Assembly (NCBI GenBank): GCA_020720815.1
Contig: DYNY01000005.1
Location: 1-63,072 of the forward strand
From: Candidatus Elulimicrobium sp.
GTDB taxonomy: Bacteria > Patescibacteriota > Minisyncoccia > Phycocordibacterales > UBA918
Direction of reading: 5' to 3'
DNA: 63,072 bases
In this document: piece by piece, positions 37,286-47,829 of the stretch
Numbering within the stretch: the first letter of the stretch is position 1
Layout: each line of letters begins with the position of its first letter
Notes under the pieces: generated by a model
What the model saw: only the letters and a program-made list of their open reading frames with translations
Told to the model about the DNA's origin: nothing
Databases searched by the model: none
Program-made: the position numbers and the translations under genes

Positions 37286-37887
37286 ATAAAAGAAATAAAG
37301 ACATCCATCAGGATGAAGTAGAAATCACCACCGAAGATCTGGAAATTACTGAACCTGACTTGGAAACAATTGAAGCGAGGGAAAAAGATGTTAGTCATTC
37401 ATTACGAGAAAAATTAAAGGCCTGTGAGGCAGAAAAAAGAAACATTTTAGAAGAAACTCAACGTGGTAAAGCTGATTTTTTAAACGCCCGTCGGCGCTTG
37501 GAAGAGGAAAGAAAACGAGATAAGGAAAGAGCCACGATTAGCCATGTCGAAGAACTAATCCCGCTATGTGATAGTTTTGAGGTCGCTATGGCCAATAAGG
37601 ATCAATGGGAGAAAGTGGACACTATGTGGCGGAAGGGAATTGAGGGTATCTTCGCTCAATTAAACAATTTGCTTAGCTCTTATCAAATAAAAGTATTGAA
37701 TCCGGAAGGCGAACCATTTAACCCACACCTACATGAAGCTATCTCTACCACACCTGTAACTGATAGCAAAGATCACGATAAGGTTGTGACAGTCGTGCAA
37801 AGAGGGTACAGCTTAAATCGCGCTGACGGCACACTAGAATTAATTCGTCCCGCACGCGTAGTTATAGGAGTTCACGAAACAAATTAA
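37279..37887 (+). CDS. grpE: nucleotide exchange factor GrpE
   Basis: Coiled-coil N-terminus, [19 protein letters not shown]; immediately upstream of dnaK. Confidence 0.85.
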   Translation: MVNKRNKDIHQDEVEITTEDLEITEPDLETIEAREKDVSHSLREKLKACEAEKRNILEETQRGKADFLNARRRLEEERKRDKERATISHVEELIPLCDSFEVAMANKDQWEKVDTMWRKGIEGIFAQLNNLLSSYQIKVLNPEGEPFNPHLHEAISTTPVTDSKDHDKVVTVVQRGYSLNRADGTLELIRPARVVIGVHETN

Positions 37888-37909
37888 TCATTTCTACCAA
37901 AAAATAAAT

Positions 37910-39802
37910 ATGTCAAAAATACTTGGAATCGACCTTGGTACCACCAACTCAGCAATGGCTATTATTGAAGCTGGAGAACCAACTATTATTGAAAACGCAG
38001 AAGGTAACCGCACCACACCATCAGTCATTGCTATCTCGAAAACTAACGAGCGCTTAGTGGGGCAGATCGCAAAACGACAAGGTGTGACTAATCCGACTAA
38101 TACAATCTTTGGAATTAAACGCTTTATGGGCCACTCATATGACGAGGAAGTGGTACAGAAAGATAAAGCGATTGTGCCTTACGAAATTAAAAAAGGTGCC
38201 GATGGTGGAGCAGTTGTAGTAATGGGGGGGAAAGAATATAGACCCGAAGAAGTTTCAGCGATGATTCTTTCGAAACTTAAGGCCGACGCTGAAGCCAAAC
38301 TAGGAGAAAAAATCACTGAAGCAGTTATCACCGTACCAGCTTACTTTAATGACTCACAACGTAAAGCTACTCAAGATGCGGGCAAAATTGCCGGACTAGA
38401 AGTCCGTCGCATCATCAACGAGCCAACCGCCGCGGCTTTAGCCTATGGATTTAATAAAAAGAAGGATGAAAAGATTGTTGTCTACGACTTTGGTGGTGGT
38501 ACATTTGACGTATCAGTCCTAGAAGTAGGGGATGATGTCATCGAAGTGCAATCTAGTGACGGCGACGCACACATGGGTGGACGTGATATCGACCAAGGTA
38601 TAATCAGATTTTTAATTGATGAATTTAAAAAGACTGATAGTGTAGACCTTGCAAAAGACAAACTAGCCCTCCAACGCCTTGATGAGTCAGCCGAGAAAGC
38701 CAAACACGAACTATCTACTACCACAGAGACCACCATAAACATTCCATTCATCTCTCAAGGCTCAGACGGGCCACTCCATATGGAGATTAAGTTAACTCGC
38801 GCCAAGCTCGAGGAAATTGCTCATGAATTTATCGACAAATCAATCGAGATAACCAAGCGGGCGCTAGAAGCCTCTGGTATTGCTAAAGCAGATATCGATG
38901 AGATTATTTTGGTGGGAGGACAAACCCGTATGCCAGCCATCCAGAAGGCAGTGAAGGACCTTTTTGGTAAAGAGCCGAACAAAACCATCAATCCAGACGA
39001 AGTGGTGGCTCTAGGCGCGGCTATTCAAGCTGGTATTTTCCAAGGTGACGTACAGGATATTACCTTAGTAGATGTTATTCCGCTTTCGCTTGGTATCGAG
39101 ACAATGGGTGGAGTCAATACCAAACTAATTGAAAAGAACACACATATTCCTACCAAGAAGCAACAAGTTTTCTCAACCGCCTCAGATAATCAAACCTCAA
39201 CCGAGATTCACATCGTACAAGGTGAAAGACCAATGGCCAACGACAATAAGTCACTCGGTAAGTTTGTACTTGATGGCATTCCACCAGCTCCACGCGGCGT
39301 ACCACAAGTAGAAGTGACCTTTGACGTCGATAGCAACGGTGTCCTTAAAGTAACTGCCAAAGACAAAGCAACTGGCAAAGAACAATCTATACGCATTGAG
39401 GCTAGCTCTGGACTATCAGAAGCTGATATCGAAAGAATGAAAAAAGAAGCGGAAGAACACGCTAGCGAAGACGAGCAGAAGAAGGCCATGATTGAAACAA
39501 AAAATCATGCCGAACAGTTACTTTACACTGCCGAAAAGTCTTTGAAGGAGTATGGCGATAAAGTACCGGCCGAAACCAAGACAGAAATCGAGACTAAGAT
39601 TTCAGAATTAAAGTCAGTCATGGAAAAGACCGATAAAACGGAAATTGAAAGTAAGACTGAAGCCCTCTCATCTTCACTACAAAAAATTGGTGAAATAATT
39701 CAAAAAGCTACTAATGAAGAAGCCAAGACAACTTCAGATACTAAGGCTGACGAACCGGTTCGCGATGCTGAGGTGACCAAAGACGAGCCCGAGAACAAAT
39801 AA
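37910..39802 (+). CDS. dnaK: molecular chaperone DnaK (Hsp70)
   Basis: [30 protein letters not shown]. Confidence 0.97.
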   Translation: MSKILGIDLGTTNSAMAIIEAGEPTIIENAEGNRTTPSVIAISKTNERLVGQIAKRQGVTNPTNTIFGIKRFMGHSYDEEVVQKDKAIVPYEIKKGADGGAVVVMGGKEYRPEEVSAMILSKLKADAEAKLGEKITEAVITVPAYFNDSQRKATQDAGKIAGLEVRRIINEPTAAALAYGFNKKKDEKIVVYDFGGGTFDVSVLEVGDDVIEVQSSDGDAHMGGRDIDQGIIRFLIDEFKKTDSVDLAKDKLALQRLDESAEKAKHELSTTTETTINIPFISQGSDGPLHMEIKLTRAKLEEIAHEFIDKSIEITKRALEASGIAKADIDEIILVGGQTRMPAIQKAVKDLFGKEPNKTINPDEVVALGAAIQAGIFQGDVQDITLVDVIPLSLGIETMGGVNTKLIEKNTHIPTKKQQVFSTASDNQTSTEIHIVQGERPMANDNKSLGKFVLDGIPPAPRGVPQVEVTFDVDSNGVLKVTAKDKATGKEQSIRIEASSGLSEADIERMKKEAEEHASEDEQKKAMIETKNHAEQLLYTAEKSLKEYGDKVPAETKTEIETKISELKSVMEKTDKTEIESKTEALSSSLQKIGEIIQKATNEEAKTTSDTKADEPVRDAEVTKDEPENK

Positions 39803-39872
39803 TATAAGTCGTTGCTCAATACTAGAATCCGTGGCATAATCGAGCCACTTTAGTAGTTTAGCCCTACGATCA

Positions 39873-40955
39873 ATGAAGGATTACTACCAGGTTTTGGGCC
39901 TACAGAAAGGCGCCTCAAAAGACGAAGTCAAGAAAGCTTTTCGTAAGCTGGCTTCACAGTACCATCCTGATAAAAAAACCGGTGATGAGGCAAAATACAA
40001 GGAAATAACTGAGGCCTATGCTGTACTAGGAGACGATAAGAAGAAAGCGGAATATGACACCTATGGTCACGCTTTCAATGGCGGTGGTGGACATAGTCAA
40101 GGGGCCGGTTTTGGTGGTTTCTCTTGGGCAGATTTTGCTGGCCAACAAGGCTTCAATAACGGTCAGGGTTTTGAGTTCGATCTTAACGATATCTTCGAAA
40201 ACTTTGGCTTTGGTGGCGGAAGACAATCAAGGCCGGCTCGAGGCAGAGATGTATCAATTGAGATTAATCTTCAATTCAAAGAAGCAATTTTTGGTACTAC
40301 CAGAAAAATTCTTATTACCAAAAATTCTCTTTGTTCTCACTGTAAGGGAACTGGTGCCAAGGATGGAGCCGGAACAATTGATTGTGCGACTTGTAGTGGT
40401 AACGGAAAAATTCGCGAGACCAGACAAAGTATCATGGGTAGTTTCACTACCGTACGAGAGTGCAATGTTTGTCAAGGCAAGGGAAAGGTGCCTAAAGAGA
40501 AATGTACCTACTGTGCTGGGGTCGGAGTAGCTAGGGGTCAGGAGGAAATCGAAGTCCAAGTTCCATCTGGTCTAGAAAACGGGGAAGTCATACGCCTAAC
40601 GGGCCGAGGCGAAGCTTTGCAAGGCGGTCAACCAGGCGATCTTTACGTTAAGGTTCACGTTGAATCCCATTCGAGAATAAAGCGCGACGGTAATAACCTA
40701 ATTGTCGCTCTACCGGTCAAACTGACCGATGCCATGCTTGGCAACACCTATGAAATAGAAACCCTAGATGGATCAATTGAAGTTAAAGTTCCGGCTGGAA
40801 TAAACCACGGTGAACTACTACGGGTAAAAGAAAAAGGGGTACCGGGAGATCGAGGTCGTGGCGACTTTATGATCAAAGTCTCTATCGAAATACCTAAGAA
40901 ATTATCCAAGAAAGCCCAAAAGCTCATCGAAGACTTACGAGCCGAAGGTATATAA
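39873..40955 (+). CDS. dnaJ: molecular chaperone DnaJ
   Basis: J domain with HPD (QYHPDKK), a G/F-rich linker and four CxxCxGxG zinc-finger repeats. Confidence 0.95.
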   Translation: MKDYYQVLGLQKGASKDEVKKAFRKLASQYHPDKKTGDEAKYKEITEAYAVLGDDKKKAEYDTYGHAFNGGGGHSQGAGFGGFSWADFAGQQGFNNGQGFEFDLNDIFENFGFGGGRQSRPARGRDVSIEINLQFKEAIFGTTRKILITKNSLCSHCKGTGAKDGAGTIDCATCSGNGKIRETRQSIMGSFTTVRECNVCQGKGKVPKEKCTYCAGVGVARGQEEIEVQVPSGLENGEVIRLTGRGEALQGGQPGDLYVKVHVESHSRIKRDGNNLIVALPVKLTDAMLGNTYEIETLDGSIEVKVPAGINHGELLRVKEKGVPGDRGRGDFMIKVSIEIPKKLSKKAQKLIEDLRAEGI

Positions 40956-40962
40956 TTAAGAC

Positions 40963-40990
40963 AACACTCCAAAATTATATTTGGAGTGTT
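40963..40990 (+). terminator. hairpin terminator after dnaJ
   Basis: aacactccaa / ttggagtgtt forms a 10-bp stem with an 8-nt loop. Confidence 0.6.
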
Positions 40991-41044
40991 ATCTTATACA
41001 CCATGATTCATCAAATTATATCTAGGCTTGCTATAATTTAAGAT

Positions 41045-41524
41045 ATGGATTCTGCCTATTTATTAGCCTTGTTACAAGAATCAATATACCTCATTGTGGT
41101 ATTCGGCATTTTCTTGACGCTAGCCCTTTGGCTCGGACGCTACGCCATAGTAAACATTGTTTTCGCCCTTTACCTAGCACTACTCCTGTCCCTAAAATTT
41201 CCATACTTTGACCAACTACTAAATGGTATAGCCATACATGATGCGCTAGTAAAAATTACATTTTTCTCACTGATTACTGTCGTCGGAATATTTCTTTTCC
41301 GGCGACACATTCCTGGCGATGACTACGAGAAGACTTTTGAGTTTTTTGGTAAAAAAATAGTCTTAACTTTATTAGCGACAATATTGGTTATGACCTTTAG
41401 CTACCAAGCTCTACCAGTTACCGAACTAATTCATCCTGGAACACCAATACAAATATTATTTGGGCCAGAAGCTTATTTTTTTTGGTGGCTCCTCCTTCCT
41501 TTAGTAATACTTTTCTTCATTTAA
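41045..41524 (+). CDS. membrane protein, function unknown
   Basis: 159-aa ORF with about 5 TM helices. Confidence 0.45.
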   Translation: MDSAYLLALLQESIYLIVVFGIFLTLALWLGRYAIVNIVFALYLALLLSLKFPYFDQLLNGIAIHDALVKITFFSLITVVGIFLFRRHIPGDDYEKTFEFFGKKIVLTLLATILVMTFSYQALPVTELIHPGTPIQILFGPEAYFFWWLLLPLVILFFI

Positions 41525-41618
41525 ACTAATCCCCGAATAAGTTTGAAATAACAAATCGTTATGATTAAGAATGTTATTATAAAAAAATGACTTTTTGTCT
41601 GAAAAATAAGCCCTTCTT

Positions 41619-42539
41619 ATGGATACTCAGCTAATTCCTAAATTTCCTCATTTCAAAGAAGTATCCCTTCACGACCGATCTTTGATCAAGAAAATAACTC
41701 ATGAGTACCCACCATACTCTGATTTTAACTTTACTAATCTATGGACATGGGACGTTCTAGAGACTCGCAAAGTTGCAGAACTAAACAATAACCTCGTTAT
41801 TTTGTTTACTGACTATCGGACCGCCACTCCGATATTATCGTTTCTAGGTCATCATAATGTCATGGAAACCACTGGTGTAATTCTTGAACACGCAAACCAC
41901 CTAAAAGCTGACTCAAAATTAAAATTTATTCCTGAGGAAACAGCAAAACTCCTGTGTCCAAAAACCTTTAAAGTAGCAGAGGATAGCACAAACCATGATT
42001 ATATATTTTCAGTTAAAGACATGGCTAATCCGATTGCCAAGAATCTGAAATCAAAACGTAGATTAGCTAATAAGTTTATTATTAACTATCCGCAGGCCAA
42101 AGTCGCAACCCAAGAATTATCTGATCCAATAACTCAGAAAAATATTTTTGAGGTGTTGTATTGTTGGGAGCAAAATAAAAGAATTGACAATAAAGCCTAC
42201 GAGATTATCTACGAGGAAATAGCTTTACGCCGACTGATGGGTTCGGCCTATCAGCACGATTTAATATTGACCTGCATCTATGATGGGGAAACCATGATTG
42301 CTTTTAGCATTGATGAATTACTTCCTGGTAATTACGCCTTGTCTCATTTTATAAAAGCTGACATTAAATACAAAGGGATATATGAATACTTAAATCAAAC
42401 GCTAGCCACTATACTACTCAATCTAGGTGTAAAATACTGGAACTGGGAACAAGACTTGAACCTAGATGGTCTACGAAAACTAAAAATGAGTTATCGTCCA
42501 GTCAGCTTCCTAAAAAAGTATGAAGTATCGCTGTCATGA
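41619..42539 (+). CDS. DUF2156-like protein (related to the C-terminal domain of phosphatidylglycerol lysyltransferase; acyltransferase fold)
   Basis: 306-aa ORF with N-terminal YSDFNFTNLWTWD, typical of this family by eye. Confidence 0.45.
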   Translation: MDTQLIPKFPHFKEVSLHDRSLIKKITHEYPPYSDFNFTNLWTWDVLETRKVAELNNNLVILFTDYRTATPILSFLGHHNVMETTGVILEHANHLKADSKLKFIPEETAKLLCPKTFKVAEDSTNHDYIFSVKDMANPIAKNLKSKRRLANKFIINYPQAKVATQELSDPITQKNIFEVLYCWEQNKRIDNKAYEIIYEEIALRRLMGSAYQHDLILTCIYDGETMIAFSIDELLPGNYALSHFIKADIKYKGIYEYLNQTLATILLNLGVKYWNWEQDLNLDGLRKLKMSYRPVSFLKKYEVSLS

Positions 42540-42587
42540 CCAAATATCCAAATGTCGAATTATTTATAAATATGTCTTTTAATTAAT

Positions 42588-43502
42588 ATGACCTGGTTTT
42601 TCTTGGCGCTAATTGCCCCGTTTCTATACGCACTCACCAATCACATTGATAAGGTTTTGATTAGTAAATACTTCAAGGAGAGTGGGGTAGGGGCTTTGAT
42701 TCTTTTTTCTTCCTTGCTTTCTTTTATTGCGATGCCTTTTTTCTTCTGGGCCGACCCAACTGTTTTCAGCTTGGAGCCACTTAGTATTGCCATTCTGTCA
42801 ATCGGAGGAATATTAAACATTCTAGTGCTCTGGTGCTACTTTATGGCCTTATCAGACGACGAAGCGTCTATCACTGTTATCTTCTATCAACTAGTACCTG
42901 TATTTGCACTCATACTGGGCTACTTTGTCCTGGGTGAAACCATAACCAAAATGCAATTTATTGCCATGACTATCGTAATTATCGGTACATCAATCATTTC
43001 TTTCGATGTTGATGCGGATAATAAATTTACCATCCGTAAACAAACAATCTTCCTCATGAGTACCGCTTCGTTTTTCTGGGCCCTTGAGTCAGTCCTATTC
43101 AAAATGGTCGCGCTAGAAGAAAACTGGATACGCTCGTTGTTTTGGGAGCACTTAATGCTTTTAGTGGTCGGTACACTGGTTTTCATTTTTGTCAGAAAGT
43201 ATCGCGAGGATTTCTTACAAGCCGTCAGGAAAAATTCGAAGCCAATCCTGGCTCTCAATATTGGCAACGAAAGCCTTTACATGGTTGGAAATATTATATT
43301 TGCCTATGCTTATATGTTAGCACCGGTAGCTCTAGTTCTTTTAACCCAGTCCTTCCAACCTTTATTTGTGATAATTGTCGGAGTTTTCTTAACCATCTTT
43401 TTTCCCAAAATTACAGTTGAAAAAGTTACTCTCCGAGATTTAACCCAAAAAATCTTAGCAATAATTATTACCGGTATTGGAACCTACTTATTATTTATTT
43501 GA
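42588..43502 (+). CDS. EamA-family (DMT superfamily) transporter
   Basis: 304-aa ORF with 10 TM helices in two 5-TM repeats. Confidence 0.65.
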   Translation: MTWFFLALIAPFLYALTNHIDKVLISKYFKESGVGALILFSSLLSFIAMPFFFWADPTVFSLEPLSIAILSIGGILNILVLWCYFMALSDDEASITVIFYQLVPVFALILGYFVLGETITKMQFIAMTIVIIGTSIISFDVDADNKFTIRKQTIFLMSTASFFWALESVLFKMVALEENWIRSLFWEHLMLLVVGTLVFIFVRKYREDFLQAVRKNSKPILALNIGNESLYMVGNIIFAYAYMLAPVALVLLTQSFQPLFVIIVGVFLTIFFPKITVEKVTLRDLTQKILAIIITGIGTYLLFI

Positions 43503-43517
43503 TTTAGATAGAAAAAT

Positions 43518-44054
43518 ATGAAACATAAATTTTACTGGTTGCACCCTAGCTTGGAAGTGAGAGAAACATCTAAATGTGGCTACGGAACACACGCCATTGC
43601 TGATATAAAGAAAGGTGATATTCTTTTAGTTTTAAGTGGGTATGTAATGAGCCTAAGTGACGAAGGAAAACTACCGGGTTCACTAAGCGACAACGGGATA
43701 CAAGTCACTGACAACTTATCTCTATGTGTCTCAAAAAAAAGCGAGCTGGGTGGAATTAATTTCTTCAACCATAGTTGCAATCCGAACGCCGGAATAAAAG
43801 GCCAAATCTTTCTAGTGGCCATGCGAAAAATTAAAAAAGGGGAAGAAGTTACTTTTGACTACGCTATGACTTTATCCGAATCAAAAGTAATTGGACCCTA
43901 TAAGCTAGAATGCCTTTGCGGAAAGAAAAATTGTCGACGTGTCATAACTGATTCTGATTGGCGTGACCCTGCCCTGCAAGAAAAGTATGCTGGTTATTTT
44001 CAATACTACATACAAGAAAAAATTGATAAGCAAAGAAAACCTAAGAGTAGGTAA
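43518..44054 (+). CDS. SET-domain protein (putative protein-lysine methyltransferase)
   Basis: NHSCNPN, EEVTFDY and a post-SET-like CLCGKKNCR. Confidence 0.75.
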   Translation: MKHKFYWLHPSLEVRETSKCGYGTHAIADIKKGDILLVLSGYVMSLSDEGKLPGSLSDNGIQVTDNLSLCVSKKSELGGINFFNHSCNPNAGIKGQIFLVAMRKIKKGEEVTFDYAMTLSESKVIGPYKLECLCGKKNCRRVITDSDWRDPALQEKYAGYFQYYIQEKIDKQRKPKSR

Positions 44055-44130
44055 ATTAAATTGAGATATCACCACTTGAATAATAAATTAAGTATAGTGA
44101 CTTGCTATAATCAGTGTAGTTTCCACTACA

Positions 44131-44577
44131 TTGATTTTTAGTATGAATTTTAAAAAATACTTTTTACTCTACACCCTTATCCCACTAGCGATACTATCTA
44201 TAGCATCTTCATATTATCGCTTTATAGTGACTGAAGACTACCTAGTTGAATACGAAGAGGAGTGCAATCCAGAAGTAAACAGCTGTTTTATTGGCTGTAA
44301 AGATGACGACTGTTCAGCCGAGTATTACTACTGCCTGGTAACAAAACATGCCTCGCAATTAATGACACAGTGTGGGCCTGATATAACGGACTGTGAATCG
44401 GCCCAAGTTTGCCTACCAGGGGAAAAGGGTGACTGTTCTGTAACGTTCTGTGACATAGAAACTGACGGCGACGCATGTGAGGTCATTGAGATGGGACCAA
44501 CTTACGAGAATGTCGAACCATCTGAAGTCATTAACAACACCACTTCGGTTGAAATTGGCGCTGAATTAATTATATGA
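44131..44577 (+). CDS. membrane-anchored, cysteine-rich acidic protein
   Basis: 148-aa ORF with one N-terminal TM helix and 11 Cys within about 75 residues. Its stop overlaps the histidine kinase start (ATGA). Confidence 0.5.
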   Translation: MIFSMNFKKYFLLYTLIPLAILSIASSYYRFIVTEDYLVEYEEECNPEVNSCFIGCKDDDCSAEYYYCLVTKHASQLMTQCGPDITDCESAQVCLPGEKGDCSVTFCDIETDGDACEVIEMGPTYENVEPSEVINNTTSVEIGAELII

Positions 44578-46250
44578 TTTGCTACCTCTATCCAGAGCCG
44601 TCATATCTATTCTTTACTACTGGCATACCAGAGCTTCTTTATTACTCTCATATACCTACTGCTATATTTGCCATTCTGATTGGCCTTTACGTATTTTTAA
44701 ACGCCAAAAAATCACTTCTAAACAAACTACTTTTTTTAATTACTTTAATCTTTTCACTCTGGACTTTTTTTAATCTTTTTGCCTGGACTAATATTAATGG
44801 TAACTTCATTCTTTTTATTTGGCCCTACTTTGGTATACTTTCTGCTTTACTATCAATCTTATCAATCTATTTTGTTTATGTTTTTATTAATCAGAAAGAC
44901 ATCTCCTTCCGCTTAAAAATTGTCTTCTTTACTCTACTGGCACCACTATTTATATTTGCCCACACCAATTTAAACCTTAGTGGCTTTAATATCACCTACT
45001 GTGACCCTTATGGCTTTGAAGGTATCGTCTATAAGTACTATTACATTTTTGTTAGTGTTCTGTCACTAATTTGGATACCAATACTTTTAATCAAAAAATA
45101 CCTTATCTCTGATATTAATTTAAGAAAACAGATTATCCTTTTGGGAACAGGCGTTGAGTTATTTCTACTGACATTCTTCCTCGCCACCTTCGTTGCTTCA
45201 TACTTTTCTGGAATAGGTGTATTAGGGGATTCAAGAATAGAACTATACGGATTATTCGGGGTTTTAATATTTATTGGTTTTATTGGAGTTCTGATCACAA
45301 AATTTAAGACCTTCCGCGTTGGCATTATAGCCTCACAAGGACTGCTCGTGAGCTTGGTAATACTCATTAGTTCACAATTTACCTATTCTGATTCACAAAC
45401 CGCTACTGTTCTCACGTCTATCACCCTTATCTTTACCGGTGCTATCGGTATAATTTTAGTTAGAAGTGTAAAAAAGGAAATTAGACAGCGACAAGAAATT
45501 GAATCTTTAGCCACCAAACTAGAAAAAGTTAATGTTCGACTAAAACAACTCGACAAACTCAAGTCTGAATTCGTCTCAATTGCCTCCCACCAGCTTCGTA
45601 GCCCACTTACTTCCATTGCCGGTTACGCCTCACTACTACGCGAAGGTAACTTCGGGGTTTTGCCTGCTAAAATGAAGGAACCAATTGATAGAATTGAGCG
45701 TTCCGCTCGATTCATGGCTGAATCAATCGAAGACTACCTAAACGTCTCACGCATCGAATCTGGTAACATGAAATACCATCTAACTGATTTCAACTTACGT
45801 GATGAAACTGAGAAACTTTGCAATGACCTAAGGAGTCAAGCCCTCCGTAAAGGATTAATATTATTGTTCCGCACTGACATGACGGCCAAAGGCTTTGTTA
45901 ATGCCGACCTAGGAAAGATACAACAAGTAATTCACAACTTGATTAATAACGCTATTAAGTATTCGCAACGAGGTTCAGTTACCGTTTATGTAAAGGATGA
46001 CATAAAAAAGCGGGTTATAAATGTTGAAATTATAGATACTGGTATTGGTATGAGCCAAAGTACCCTACATAGTATTTTCCAAAAATTTGAACGAGGCGAT
46101 GAAGCTAATACCGTCAACGTAGCCGGGACCGGCCTAGGCCTCTATGTAGCACAAAAAATGGCTGAGGCCATGGGCGGAAACATCTCGGCTCACTCGGAAG
46201 GGGAAGGGAAAGGTTCCCGCTTTGTTTTAGCATTACCAATGGTGATGTAG
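44574..46250 (+). CDS. sensor histidine kinase with a polytopic (about 8-9 TM) N-terminal sensor region
   Basis: H-box FVSIASHQLRSPLT, N-box HNLINNAIKY, G1 DTGIGM, G2 GTGLGL. No response regulator lies within the window. Confidence 0.85.
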   Translation: MICYLYPEPSYLFFTTGIPELLYYSHIPTAIFAILIGLYVFLNAKKSLLNKLLFLITLIFSLWTFFNLFAWTNINGNFILFIWPYFGILSALLSILSIYFVYVFINQKDISFRLKIVFFTLLAPLFIFAHTNLNLSGFNITYCDPYGFEGIVYKYYYIFVSVLSLIWIPILLIKKYLISDINLRKQIILLGTGVELFLLTFFLATFVASYFSGIGVLGDSRIELYGLFGVLIFIGFIGVLITKFKTFRVGIIASQGLLVSLVILISSQFTYSDSQTATVLTSITLIFTGAIGIILVRSVKKEIRQRQEIESLATKLEKVNVRLKQLDKLKSEFVSIASHQLRSPLTSIAGYASLLREGNFGVLPAKMKEPIDRIERSARFMAESIEDYLNVSRIESGNMKYHLTDFNLRDETEKLCNDLRSQALRKGLILLFRTDMTAKGFVNADLGKIQQVIHNLINNAIKYSQRGSVTVYVKDDIKKRVINVEIIDTGIGMSQSTLHSIFQKFERGDEANTVNVAGTGLGLYVAQKMAEAMGGNISAHSEGEGKGSRFVLALPMVM

Positions 46251-46330
46251 CCTAGTCATACCAGTCACTAATCTGAATCTATTTTAAATGTAAGATTTGA
46301 AGGTGTAATCTTTTCTGATACTATTAGCAC

Positions 46331-47272
46331 ATGACAAAAAAACGCCTTTTAACCGGCCTACAATCTTCCGGCACACTTCATATTGGTAATTACTTTGGTG
46401 CCCTTAAACCATTTACTAACATTTACCAAGATTACGAAAGTTACTTGATGATTGCTGATCTACACGCCCTCACCACTGTCCGTGACGCTAAATTGCTAAG
46501 ACAAAATACCATCGACGTAGTAAAGGATTATCTAGCAGTAGGTATTGATCCAACTAAGGTTGTTATGTTTCGTCAATCAGATGTACCTCAACATACCGAA
46601 CTTGCCTGGATATTTGAGTGTCTAGTCACCGTACCTTTTCTAATGCAAGCACACGCCTACAAGGACAAAGTAGCGAAAGGAATTGAGGCTAGTGCTGGAC
46701 TATTTAATTACCCGATGCTGATGGCGGCCGATATTTTGCTCTATGATGCCGATGTGGTGCCAGTTGGGGAAGATCAGCGTCAACACATCGAGTACGCCAG
46801 GGAAGCGGCCACCAAATTCAATAGCGCCTACGGCGAAACCTTTACACCACCACAAGAGATGATTATCAAGGCGGTCGGTATCGTACCAGGGACCGATGGA
46901 CAGAAGATGAGTAAAAGCTACAAGAACACCATTCCACTTTTTGGTACGCGCGAGGAGTTAGAAAAAGCGGTGATGAGTATCGTGACTGACTCAGGTGGCA
47001 AAAGGCCAGAAAATGTTTATGCTATTCACAAATTACTTAAGACTGAAGCTGAACTAACTCCTCTATATGAAGCCAACCAAGGAAAATACAAAAATTTAAA
47101 GGATGCACTAGTAGAAGATCTAGACACACTCATTACTCCTATGCGAGAAGAGCGGGCAATAATTTCTGACAGCGATATAAAAGACATTCTTGAGAGTGGC
47201 GCTGTTCGCGCCCGCGAACGTGCCTCAGCAAAAATGGCTCAGGTCAAACAACAAATAGGAATAACTATATAA
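46331..47272 (+). CDS. trpS: tryptophanyl-tRNA synthetase
   Basis: GTLHIGNYFG (HIGH-like), GEDQRQH, KMSKS. Confidence 0.9.
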   Translation: MTKKRLLTGLQSSGTLHIGNYFGALKPFTNIYQDYESYLMIADLHALTTVRDAKLLRQNTIDVVKDYLAVGIDPTKVVMFRQSDVPQHTELAWIFECLVTVPFLMQAHAYKDKVAKGIEASAGLFNYPMLMAADILLYDADVVPVGEDQRQHIEYAREAATKFNSAYGETFTPPQEMIIKAVGIVPGTDGQKMSKSYKNTIPLFGTREELEKAVMSIVTDSGGKRPENVYAIHKLLKTEAELTPLYEANQGKYKNLKDALVEDLDTLITPMREERAIISDSDIKDILESGAVRARERASAKMAQVKQQIGITI

Positions 47273-47274
47273 AT

Positions 47275-47739
47275 ATGGAAGGCCTTAGCAATCTGGAATC
47301 TAAAACCAATAAACAAGAACTCCGTGAATCTATTATTGCCCTAAAGACACTTGAAGCTAAGTATCAGCGCGGAGAAGTAGGACTTAATTTAGTTGTCTAC
47401 GGCATTAACGAAATACAGAAAAAGTTTTTCACTGAGTTACAAGCGCGAGGAATAATTACCGAAGATATAAACTATCGCGACCACTACCAGGCAGCCATCA
47501 ACGATGAAGGCGATCACTACACAAAAATTATTTCAACGGAAAATGAAGTGGTAATCAAACTCAAAACGCCAGAGGAAAGAGTAATCGAACTGATTAATAA
47601 AATCGGTCCAATTTTGTCACCCGAAATAACTAAGTCTGCCTTGGATAATGCCAGACACCCCGACGTTACTGAAGAAGAAGTATTTGAGATTTTAAGCAAC
47701 TTACTCAGTCTAGCTATCGCTAAATTAAATAAGTCTTAA
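47275..47739 (+). CDS. hypothetical protein tightly coupled to trpS
   Basis: 154-aa ORF starting 3 nt after the trpS stop. Confidence 0.45.
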   Translation: MEGLSNLESKTNKQELRESIIALKTLEAKYQRGEVGLNLVVYGINEIQKKFFTELQARGIITEDINYRDHYQAAINDEGDHYTKIISTENEVVIKLKTPEERVIELINKIGPILSPEITKSALDNARHPDVTEEEVFEILSNLLSLAIAKLNKS

Positions 47740-47794
47740 TTGCAGTATATTAAGAGATATGAGTCACTATCTCTGTATGCATTAGCTAGTTATT

Positions 47795-47822
47795 TTGACC
47801 AAGGCATAAAAGTCTGTATAAT
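47795..47822 (+). promoter_or_regulatory. near-consensus sigma-70 promoter of the aspS leader
   Basis: TTGACC (47795-47800), 16-nt spacer, TATAAT (47817-47822). The predicted start near 47829 coincides with the base of the leader's first helix. Confidence 0.6.
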
Positions 47823-47829
47823 GACCTCA

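Noticed and set aside
36653-40000. CIRCE (TTAGCACTC-N9-GAGTGCTAA) heat-shock operator upstream of grpE, dnaK or dnaJ
   Set aside because: No match beyond a chance ttagtgc at about 36747 was found by eye. No hrcA lies in the window.
40054-40530. 158-aa alternative-frame ORF, plus the minus-strand ORFs within dnaJ
   Set aside because: They are embedded in dnaJ, whose J domain, G/F region and four CxxCxGxG repeats are unambiguous in the annotated frame.
47740-47794. AGAGA-containing hairpin agagata/tatctct (about 47754-47775) as the Stem I AG-bulge of the T-box
   Set aside because: It lies upstream of the near-consensus promoter. It forms a simple 7-bp hairpin right after the 47739 stop, so it is more likely a weak terminator of the trpS operon. 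The kink-turn/GAC hairpin downstream of the promoter fits Stem I better.
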